The notes under the pieces: generated by a model | What the model was told of the DNA's origin: nothing | What the model saw: only the letters and a program-made list of their open reading frames with translations | The model's database searches: none | Translations under genes and position numbers: made by a program | Shown here: positions 55,270-64,000 of the stretch, one piece after another | How positions within the stretch are numbered: the first letter of the stretch is position 1 | Layout: each line of letters starts with the position of its first letter | IMG/VR virus record: IMGVR_UViG_3300031994_000011 | Location: 32,001-96,000 of that record | Direction: 5' to 3' (one strand) | From: a virus | Taxonomy: Duplodnaviria; Caudoviricetes | Length of the DNA stretch: 64,000 bases

Positions 55270-56166
55270 ATGAAGAATATTCTTGAACAGGCAATGAATA
55301 AAGTAAATGTAGTAGGGAAACTTCTTTAGGCGGCTGTATTTGATGGTTCTCTGAAGGATGGAAGAAAATATCTAAGAGCTAATCTTACTATTAAAGTGAC
55401 GCAGACTTATGGTGGACGTGAAGAAGTAAGTGAAATTCCTGTAAGCATGTTTGCTGCACAGTATACTAATGATGGTCGTCCCAATCCGGGTTATAGTCAG
55501 ATTCAGGACCTTACTAATATGAAGAGCGCGCAGACCGTAGGTTATGATAATGCTGATGTAGTTAGAATTAGCGGCGCAAATCTTCGTGAAAATAACTTTG
55601 TTTCAAAGAGTGGTCAGCTAATTGATGGTTGGCAGATTAACACTTCTTTTATCAACCTTGGTAAAGGTGACGGTGTAGCTTCTTTCGCTGCTGATATTTT
55701 TATTATGGATATGAGTCGTGAAACTGACCGTGATGGTGATGAAACTGGACGTCTTATTATTAAGGGCGGCCTAGTCCAGTATGGTGGACGCCTTGATGTT
55801 GTGGAATTTGTTGTTGAAAATCCTGAAGCAGTTGATTTTGTTGAACGTAATTGGAATATTAATGATACTGTTGGAGTTAAGGGTCGTATTCGTGTAAGCT
55901 CTAGAGAAGAAAAAGCGTCTGGTGCTTCTAGTTCTTGGGGTGAAGATGTCCCTGATATGACTACTAGAACTATTAGGGAACTAGTTATTACGACAGGTAA
56001 TGACGAAGGCAAGGAAGAAGAATTTGCTTATGATCCTGCTGATATTAAGAAAGCTTTTAATGTAAGAAAGGCAAATATTGAGCAGCTACAGATTGATGCT
56101 AAGAACGCAAGTGCTAAGAAACCTGCAGCTCCGGCAGCTACTGCCTCTAAGTATAGCTGGGAGTAA
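55270..56166 (+). CDS. Probable single-stranded DNA-binding protein (TAG at codon 20)
   Basis: NKVNVVGKL OB-fold-like start, flexible tail ending in W-E, upstream of a Sak4-like gene. Confidence 0.65.
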
Positions 56167-56197
56167 TCCCAGCTATTTCTTATAAGGAGGGATATAA

Positions 56198-57208
56198 ATG
56201 GCAAAGATAAATTTAGCAGAATTACAGCCAACAAGATTATGTAAAGATTTACGTGGACGATTTGTTGAAATTTTCGGTCGTGAAAAAGCAGGAAAAACAA
56301 GTACTGCTGTGTTGTGGCCGCGCCCGCTACTTTGCGCCTTTGAAATTGGTTATCACGCATTAGCAAATATATATGCTGCAGATATTGATAATTGGAGCAC
56401 TTTTAAAGATATCTGTCGTCAGTTAAAAAAGCAAGAATTTAAAGAACGTTTTGAAACTATTATTATAGATACTGTTGGCATAGCTTATAGTATGTGTGAA
56501 GACTATATAAAGCAACAGCAGGGAGTCACAGAAATTTCTGAAATTCCTTGGGGTCGCGGTTTTAAAATGTTGCGTGAAGAGTTTGAGAAAACTTTTAGAG
56601 AACTTTCTAAACAAGGATATGCTATTGTTTTTATTGCTCATTCAAAAACAAAAACCACAGATGTAACAGATAGTGAAGGAAATAAACTTGAACAAATTAG
56701 TCCTAATTTACCACCAGCATGTGCTGAGGCAGTAAATGGCTTAGTTGATATTATTGCTTATTTAGGAGTAGAATATGATGAAAATCGTAATGCTACTCGT
56801 TGGTTATATTTAAGAGAAACTCCCACTATTTTTGCGGGATCAAGATATAGAGCGATTGTGCCTAAAATTCCTTTAAGTTATGATGGTTTAGTAAAAGCAG
56901 TGGCGGACGCTATGGAAGAAGAAGCTAAAATTACTGGTACTAGTTTTATGACTGAAGAAGAATTAAATAACTCTAATATTGAGAAGCCAGAAGCTTCTTT
57001 TCAAGAGGTAATGACAGAAGCTAAAGAATTGTGGAGTAGATATTTAGATGCTGCTAATTCTCAGGAAGAAAAAGACATAAGATTAAATACAATGCAAGCG
57101 ATCATTTCTAAAATTTTTGGCGGAAATGGCTTTAAACTAAGTCAAGCAATACCGCAGCAAAAATCTTTAGTAGAATTATTTAATGCAGAAATGGAAGATA
57201 TTATATAA
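56198..57208 (+). CDS. Sak4-like AAA recombination ATPase
   Basis: GREKAGKTS, IIIDT, IPWGRG and FIAH motifs. Confidence 0.8.
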   Translation: MAKINLAELQPTRLCKDLRGRFVEIFGREKAGKTSTAVLWPRPLLCAFEIGYHALANIYAADIDNWSTFKDICRQLKKQEFKERFETIIIDTVGIAYSMCEDYIKQQQGVTEISEIPWGRGFKMLREEFEKTFRELSKQGYAIVFIAHSKTKTTDVTDSEGNKLEQISPNLPPACAEAVNGLVDIIAYLGVEYDENRNATRWLYLRETPTIFAGSRYRAIVPKIPLSYDGLVKAVADAMEEEAKITGTSFMTEEELNNSNIEKPEASFQEVMTEAKELWSRYLDAANSQEEKDIRLNTMQAIISKIFGGNGFKLSQAIPQQKSLVELFNAEMEDII

Positions 57209-57313
57209 AAAATTTTTATTGGGCTTATGTGGAAACATAAGCTCTTTTTTGACTTTTTTTGAATTTTATGTTATAATATAAATAGAGCATGAAATAGAAA
57301 GGAGTTTATATGT

Positions 57314-57802
57314 ATGAGTGATACGTTAAAATGCTTTGAATGTAAGCAATCATTTAGAAAAGAAGAATTGGTTTTTTATACTCCAATCTCTGCTAAAATT
57401 GGACATAATTATTGTATTAAATGTCTACAGGAAAAACAGCAAAGAGAAAAGTTCTCAAATAAAGTATGTGAGATTTTTGGTTTGAAGTCTCCAGGGCCTC
57501 GTATTTGGACTGAGAGAAAACGTTTAATTAACACTTATGGATATACAGATGACGTAATAGTAAATTGTTTAGATTATATTTATAATGTAGACAAAAAGAA
57601 AAAGTTATCTGAATCACTTTGTTTAGTTAATCCAACTACAGTAAATAGAATGATGAACTATCATCGTTCTGAAGAAAATAAAATTAAACGCATGGCTAAC
57701 ATGATTGCAGAAACTGAACAAATTAAACCGCACATTGTTCCAATAGAAAAGAAAGAAAATAAAAAGCAATCATGGGATTCGGATGAATGGCTTGATGATT
57801 AA
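57314..57802 (+). CDS. Zn-finger hypothetical replication protein
   Basis: CFEC...HNYCIKC; directly upstream of the helicase. Confidence 0.6.
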   Translation: MSDTLKCFECKQSFRKEELVFYTPISAKIGHNYCIKCLQEKQQREKFSNKVCEIFGLKSPGPRIWTERKRLINTYGYTDDVIVNCLDYIYNVDKKKKLSESLCLVNPTTVNRMMNYHRSEENKIKRMANMIAETEQIKPHIVPIEKKENKKQSWDSDEWLDD

Positions 57803-57814
57803 GGAGGGTTTTAA

Positions 57815-59419
57815 TTGACATTATCAGATAAAATGGCATACCGTCAAATTATCGGTTGTTTAATGAAAAACCCGCTTCTTTTTTTAGAATATATAGATAT
57901 AGTACCAACTGATTTTGATATAAAAGTCGCGCGAATTTGCTTTATAAATATTAGAAAGCTTTATGATGAAGGCGCGACTGTATTAACTCCAATTGAAGTA
58001 GATCAAGAAATTGAAAAACATGAAAATAGCGCAGAAATTTATAAAAAAGAAGGCGGGCTAGACTTTTTAAAAACAGCGTATGAATTTGCCGAGCCAACTA
58101 ACTTTAAAATGTATTATACTCGTTTAAAAAAATATGCGCTATTAAGAAGGCTATATAAAGAGAAGTATGATATAAGCGAATTTTATATAGATGATAAAGA
58201 TATAGATGATCCATTAAAAGCATTAAGTATACAAGAGCATTTTGATGAATCAAGTCTTGAAGATATTTTAAATTCAATTGAGGGTAGATATAATATTATT
58301 AGAAATGAGTTCTTAAATGGTGGGCGCGCAAAAGGTGATCCAGCAGAAGGAATTACAGAACTTATTGAAGAGTTACAACGTACTCCTAATATGGGACCAA
58401 GCTTAGAAGGAAGAATATTTAGTAGCGTATGTAGAGGAGCAAGACAAGGATGCTTTTATTTAAAAAGTGCTTCTTCTGGTTGTGGTAAGTCAAGAGGAAG
58501 TGTATTTGATGCCTGTCATTTAGCTTATCCTATAAGATGGTCATATGATGATGAAACTTTCGTTCAAGCTATGGATTATAAAGGAGATCCAGTTGAACCA
58601 GAAAAAGTATTATTTATCGTAACAGAGATGGATAAAGAAGAATTACAAACGATTATTCTAGCTTATCTATCTGGAGTTGATGAAGGACATATTTTAACTG
58701 GTAGATATGATTGGGGAGAATTATCAAGGGTTGAATATGCCGCACAAATAATTAAAAAATATAGCGGTTATTTTTTAATTGAAGAAATAAGTGAACCGAA
58801 TCTTGTTAATATACAAGCAACAATTAAAAAATATGCGACTATAGAAAATGTTAAATTTGTATTTTACGATTATATTCATACAACCGCGGCCTTAGTTAAT
58901 GAATTTTCAAAAAACGGGCTGCGAGAAGATGTCGTACTTATGCTTCTCTCAAATCAACTTAAACAGTTAGCAAAGGATTATAATTTATTCATTATGTCAG
59001 CAACTCAAGTTAATGCTAACGCAATGGCTGAAGATGGTGAATTTAAAAATGAAACTAGTATAAGAGCTTCAAAAGCAATTGTAGATAAAGCTGACGTAGC
59101 AATGGTTATGACCAGAGTGAACGATAAAATCTGGAATAGTTTAATGCCACAATTAAAGATTGGGGTAAGAGAAAATTTAATAGATCCTAAGATTATTGAA
59201 GATTCAAATTATAAACCAACGCATATTATTGATATATATAAAATGCGAAGAGGAAGATATAAAAATGTTAGAATATGGATAAGTCTTCATCTTGGCACTG
59301 GAAGAAGAAAAGATTTATTTATAACCTCAGCAGATAATCAACCATTAGGAGAAATTCCTGATTTATTTGAAACTTCAACTTTCGTTCCAATACTTAATTG
59401 GAAAGAAGGGATAAAATGA
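57815..59419 (+). CDS. dnaB: DnaB-like replicative helicase
   Basis: ASSGCGKSR, VTEM, FYDYI, SATQVN and IYKMRRG motifs. Confidence 0.85.
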   Translation: MTLSDKMAYRQIIGCLMKNPLLFLEYIDIVPTDFDIKVARICFINIRKLYDEGATVLTPIEVDQEIEKHENSAEIYKKEGGLDFLKTAYEFAEPTNFKMYYTRLKKYALLRRLYKEKYDISEFYIDDKDIDDPLKALSIQEHFDESSLEDILNSIEGRYNIIRNEFLNGGRAKGDPAEGITELIEELQRTPNMGPSLEGRIFSSVCRGARQGCFYLKSASSGCGKSRGSVFDACHLAYPIRWSYDDETFVQAMDYKGDPVEPEKVLFIVTEMDKEELQTIILAYLSGVDEGHILTGRYDWGELSRVEYAAQIIKKYSGYFLIEEISEPNLVNIQATIKKYATIENVKFVFYDYIHTTAALVNEFSKNGLREDVVLMLLSNQLKQLAKDYNLFIMSATQVNANAMAEDGEFKNETSIRASKAIVDKADVAMVMTRVNDKIWNSLMPQLKIGVRENLIDPKIIEDSNYKPTHIIDIYKMRRGRYKNVRIWISLHLGTGRRKDLFITSADNQPLGEIPDLFETSTFVPILNWKEGIK

Positions 59420-60540
59420 TTTCTACATTAAAAAATCAAGATGAAGAATTAAACTATATAAATATTACTAAACAAGATATCTTTAAATCTATAACTTTAG
59501 AAGATGTTAAAAATTTTCTTGAAAGTTTAGGTGTTTCTAAGATTATTGTAAATGAAAATAAAAATTATATAGTTTGTCCTACAATATGTCATAATCCAAT
59601 AGAATATGCTGAATCAATGAAACTTTATTGGTATCAAGACCATAAAATCTTTCGTTGTTATACTGAATGTGATGAAAGTATGACAATTTTTAAATTATAT
59701 CAGAAATTTATTAAAGTAAATGAAAATAAAGAAATTTCTGAAGAAGAAGCAATTAAATATGTAGCAAAATGTTTAAATCATTTAGTTCAAGAACAAACGC
59801 CAATAGAAAAGAAAATAGATATTGATTTTGAGAAATATCAGTTCGATAAAAATATTCCACAACTTCCAGCTTATTCATCTGCTTTGTTAGGATGCTTTAC
59901 ACATTATTATCATCCATTATGGCTAAAGGATGGTATAAAAAAAGAAGTTATGGATAAATTTAAAATTTCATTTTCAATTAGCCAAAATAAAATTATTATT
60001 CCACATTTTGATATAGATGGTAGATTAGTAGGAATAAGAGGTCGCGCGCTAAATGAAGAAGATATTGCTTTAGGTAAATATCGTCCAATACAAATTGGGA
60101 CTACTACTTATTCACATCAGTTACAGTTTAATTTGTATGGAATATATGAACATAAAAAGGGTATTATCGCGCGCAGACAAGCCATAATTTCAGAAGGCGA
60201 AAAATCTGTAATGCTTGATGATGGATATTATGGCGAATTTAGCAATTGCGTAGCCTGTTGCGGCTCTACATTTAATAAATATCAAATTAGTATGTTAACT
60301 GATATATTAGGCGCAAACGAAATTATAGTAGCGCTGGATAAAGAATACGATGATTGGCGTTCACTTCGTGCGAAAAAATATAGAGAAAAAATAGAAAAGA
60401 TGTGTAGAAGATATACAAATCAAGCATCATTTTCTTATATTTGGGATTATGATAATCTTTTAAATGAAAAAGATTCTCCTTTTGATAGAGGAAAAGAAGT
60501 TTTTGAAAAACTTTATAAAAGCAGAGTAAAAATTAGATGA
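59416..60540 (+). CDS. dnaG: DNA primase
   Basis: CH...CYTEC zinc domain, IIIPH, GIRGR, EGEKS and TOPRIM ALDKE motifs. Confidence 0.85.
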   Translation: MISTLKNQDEELNYINITKQDIFKSITLEDVKNFLESLGVSKIIVNENKNYIVCPTICHNPIEYAESMKLYWYQDHKIFRCYTECDESMTIFKLYQKFIKVNENKEISEEEAIKYVAKCLNHLVQEQTPIEKKIDIDFEKYQFDKNIPQLPAYSSALLGCFTHYYHPLWLKDGIKKEVMDKFKISFSISQNKIIIPHFDIDGRLVGIRGRALNEEDIALGKYRPIQIGTTTYSHQLQFNLYGIYEHKKGIIARRQAIISEGEKSVMLDDGYYGEFSNCVACCGSTFNKYQISMLTDILGANEIIVALDKEYDDWRSLRAKKYREKIEKMCRRYTNQASFSYIWDYDNLLNEKDSPFDRGKEVFEKLYKSRVKIR

Positions 60541-60554
60541 AAGGAGTAATGTAA

Positions 60555-62609
60555 ATGAAATATAAACTAAGAAAAAATTTTACAAAAGACCCAGAAAATG
60601 CTATATATGAAATACTTACAGATAGGGGAGTAGAGGATTTACAAAATTTTATACATCCTAATGAAGGATGCGAATTAGATTCACATGACTTAAATAATAT
60701 TGAAGCCGCCGCAGATAAATTACTTTCTCATTTGAGAAAAAATAGTAGTATACTAATTGTAGTGGATTAACGTCATAGTCCACTTTAAACCGGTTAAATT
60801 GCGGGAAGTTCCTTAGAGCCTTAACAACCAAATTAAAATAGTAATATTTTAATGGCGAGGTTAGCGACCAAGGTAAGGTAAAATCGTTAAGGATTGGATA
60901 ACCAGACGCAGCGAAGTTTCTTATTACAAGAAAAACGTTCAACGACTATAATACCGGACATATTTTATATGTATTGTATAGTCTAATCCCTAAAAATTCT
61001 TATTCAAGAATTATTAAAAATACGATGAAAATCGGGGTATATAATGTGCGACGCAGATGGTTTTACAAGTAGTTCTATTTTATGGCTTTACATTAAACAT
61101 ATTTTCCCTAAAGCTAATTTAGATTTTACAGTTCATGAGCATAAACAACATGGACTGGATGACAAAATAGACTGGATTAGTAATGAAGCAAAATGGGATT
61201 TAGTCGTTGTTCCAGATGCTGGAAGTTACGATGTTGAAGAACATAGGATTCTTAATGATATAGGAATTGATGTTATTGTATTAGACCACCACGAACAATT
61301 ATATGATGAAAACGGAAAACCAATTATTTCAAAAGCTCCTAAAACTATTGTTGTAAATAATCAATTATCTCCAAATTATAAAAATAAATCTTTATGTGGC
61401 GCGGGCGTAGTATATAAATTCTGTGAGGTTTTAGATGAAAAATTAGGAATAAATCAAGCAAGTAATTATATTGATTTAGCTGCCTTAGGAGAAATTGCTG
61501 ATGTAATGAATAAAGCAGATACAGAAACAAATTATATCATGCAGGAAGGGCTATCTCACATAAAAAATAAAGGCTTCCAAACTTTAATAGAAGCTCAATC
61601 TTTTTCACTAAAAGAGAAAGCCAAGTATCCGTATCCAGGATTAACAACAACAGATATTGCTTTTTATATTGCGCCATTGATAAATGCTATTACTAGAGTT
61701 GGAACATTAGATGATAAAAGAACAATGTTCTATTGTTTTATTGACCCGATGAAAGAAGTTCCTAGTACAAAACGCGGTGCAAAAATTGGTGATATAGAAT
61801 ATGCCGCAGAAAAGACTGCTAGAGTTGGTGCTAACGCAAAATCAAGGCAGAATAAAATAAAAGAAAAAGCAATTGATTTGATTGATTTTAAAATCAAAAG
61901 AGATAAGCTAGATGAAAACAATATTATAATAGTTGAATTAACAAATGCTGATGACATTCCTCAAGAAATGACTGGCTTAATTGCTATGGCGGTAGTAACT
62001 AAATATCATAAACCATGTCTTATTGGAAGGAAAAATGAAAAAACTAATTATTTCCAAGGTAGCGCGCGAAGTGATGGAAACTTTATATCCATGCCAAGCT
62101 TGAAAAAGTTCTTAGAGGAAAGTGGATATTTCATCTATGTTGCGGGTCATGAAAACGCTTTCGGGCATGGTATAGACTATGATAATATTGGTTTATTTAC
62201 TAAATATGCTAATTCTACTTTATCGCCAGCTGACTTTGAAAATTGTTATATAGTAGATTATATATTAGATGCTCGTGATGATAATTATGAATTACTAGAC
62301 ACTCTAGGAAGATATCCAGAATATTTTGGTAATCAAATTGATAAAATTACAGTAGTAGTAGAAAATATTTCATTAGAAAACATTCAATTGATGGGCGCAG
62401 ATAAAGATAGTATAAAAATTAGTTTTAATGGAATAGATTATGTAAAATTTAAAGATATGAATTTTATTGAAGAAGTAATGTCTAATAGGCTAAAAGAACT
62501 TACTATTAAAGGCAGCGTTAATTTAAATACATGGGGCGGGCGCACTACAGTTCAATGCTTTATCGAAGATTATGAATTTAAATGTGATGATCATAAATAT
62601 GATTTTTGA
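60555..62609 (+). CDS. recJ: RecJ-like DHH exonuclease, exons 60555..60767 and 61047..62609
   Basis: Splicing gives IVVD-CDADG; HG, DHH, GAGV, GSAR and GHENAFG motifs follow. Confidence 0.9.
60768..61046 (+). mobile_element. Group I intron (279 nt, no ORF)
   Basis: Exon ends in U and intron ends in G; P1 GTGGAT/GTCCAC; core AAATTGCGGGAA, CGCAGC, GTTCAACGACTA, TATAGTCTA. Confidence 0.92.
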
Positions 62610-62656
62610 CTTTTGGTATAAATTATGCTATAATATGATTAAAAGGAGATGATAAA

Positions 62657-64000
62657 ATGAGTTTATATCCCGGTAGTGTTCATAATCATACTGATTACAG
62701 TAATGAAACTCTACGTGATTGTATTAACACAGTTTTCAGCTTAATTGATTTAGCAATTAATCTTGGGCATGAATGTGTGGCAATTACAGACCACGAAACT
62801 ATTTCTAGTTATATTAAAGCAGAGCAATATTATAAAAAAGTCAAAGAAAAGCATCCAGATTTTAAACTTATTCGTGGAAATGAAATTTATCTTACACGAA
62901 ATGGTTTGAACGCAAAGAATTATGATAGAACAAAAGATAGATATTTTCATTTTATTCTTCTTTGTAAAGATTTGATTGGATATCATCAAATCTGTGAGTT
63001 ATCAACTCGCGCGTGGATGCGTTCATATATGAGCCGCAGATTACGTAGACGTCCAACTTATTATCAAGATTTAAAAGATATAGTAAAAGCTAACCCTGGG
63101 CACTTGATTGCATCAAGTGCTTGTTTGGGTTCACAATTAGATAAATTTTTACTTCAATATATGGATACGGGCGACGAAGAATTTTATATCACAGCAAAGC
63201 GCTGGTGTCTATATATTGAAGATATTTTTGGAAAAGGCAATTTTTACCTTGAAATGCAGCCATCCAATAATAGGGAACAGATTTTTATAAATAAACAACT
63301 TTTAAAAATTTCAAAAGAACTCAATCTTCCATATATCATTACAACCGATAGTCATTATGGAAGGCCGGAAGATGCGTCTATTCACGAAGCCTTTCTTAAT
63401 GCCCAGGAAGGCGAACGAGAAGTTAAAAGTTTCTATGCTACCACTTATATGATGAAAGATGAAGAAATTAGAAGTTTCTTTCCATATTTAAGTGAAGAAG
63501 AACTTGAAACGGCATATAATTGGATTCGTCATATAAAAGATGAATGTGAAGATTTTAGTATCCTGCAGCCGCTAGAAATCCCTCAGCTTCCTTGGCGTCA
63601 TTTTGAAGGCCCGACTGGATTAGAATTAGCGCGTATGATTAAAGTTATACCAGCAATAGAAAAATTTTATAATTCACCTTATGAAGCAGATAAAACATTA
63701 GTAAAAGCCGTATATCATGGTATAATAAATCATCCAGATCTTCAGAATGAAAAAGCCTATCAGGCAATTAACAAATGTCTTGAAATGACACGGGAATCAA
63801 GTGAAGTTAATAATGCGCGTTGGTCAGCATACTTTTTGAATCTTCAAAAGATTATAGATGAATGTTGGAATGCAGGAACATTAGTTCTTCCTGCCAGAGG
63901 TTCTGGTATGGGATTTGTTCTTCTGTATGCTTTAGATATTATTCAAATTAATTGTTTAAGAGAGAATACTAAAACTTATCCTTGGAGGTTTCTTAACCCA
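62657..64000 (+). CDS. dnaE: DNA polymerase III alpha subunit (3'-partial)
   Basis: PHP motifs HNHTDYS, AITDHE, GNEIY, SACLG, FYLE and TDSHY; RGSG. Confidence 0.92.
   Translation, partial: MSLYPGSVHNHTDYSNETLRDCINTVFSLIDLAINLGHECVAITDHETISSYIKAEQYYKKVKEKHPDFKLIRGNEIYLTRNGLNAKNYDRTKDRYFHFILLCKDLIGYHQICELSTRAWMRSYMSRRLRRRPTYYQDLKDIVKANPGHLIASSACLGSQLDKFLLQYMDTGDEEFYITAKRWCLYIEDIFGKGNFYLEMQPSNNREQIFINKQLLKISKELNLPYIITTDSHYGRPEDASIHEAFLNAQEGEREVKSFYATTYMMKDEEIRSFFPYLSEEELETAYNWIRHIKDECEDFSILQPLEIPQLPWRHFEGPTGLELARMIKVIPAIEKFYNSPYEADKTLVKAVYHGIINHPDLQNEKAYQAINKCLEMTRESSEVNNARWSAYFLNLQKIIDECWNAGTLVLPARGSGMGFVLLYALDIIQINCLRENTKTYPWRFLNP

Noticed and set aside
3-55329. Table 15 (TAG=Gln) or pyrrolysine
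   Set aside because: Paralog and motif alignments give Glu, the suppressor has a tRNA-Glu-type core, and no pyl genes are in the window.
325-62989. Minus-strand and off-frame ORFs in the ORF track (e.g. 364, 16016, 24703-26392, 47849, 55614)
   Set aside because: They are shadows of + strand genes or of GC-richer RNA regions, with no recognisable motifs.

Overview
Segment of a large AT-rich tailed-phage genome, probably infecting a Firmicute (near-consensus TTGACT-17-TATAAT promoters, strong AGGAGG ribosome-binding sites). Every gene I can support is on the + strand. Layout: tail/virion genes (1-12.8 kb); RNA-repair genes, tRNAs and large non-coding RNAs (13-30 kb); lysis and nucleotide metabolism (30-47 kb); a putative iteron origin (44.2 kb); type II topoisomerase and replisome genes (47-64 kb). 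Two main findings. (1) TAG is a sense codon that aligns with Glu, not the Gln of known amber-recoded phages: it replaces GAA/GAG in internal repeats and sits at conserved Glu positions of MazG, PhoH, PIN and GIY-YIG motifs. The phage encodes a CUA-anticodon tRNA with tRNA-Glu identity elements. (2) Four tRNA genes (Gln, Lys, Thr, Leu) carry 45-75 nt anticodon-loop inserts that are themselves miniature tRNA mimics ending in NCCA-like tails, and an Rnl2-type RNA ligase/RNA-repair cluster lies nearby. This suggests a 'tRNA-inside-tRNA' splicing route. Also present: three 6/6-fold tRNA-like RNAs, more than 2 kb of unassigned structured RNA, and a group I intron in recJ. CDS coordinates below assume TAG read-through. 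All annotation is by eye; no database search was run.
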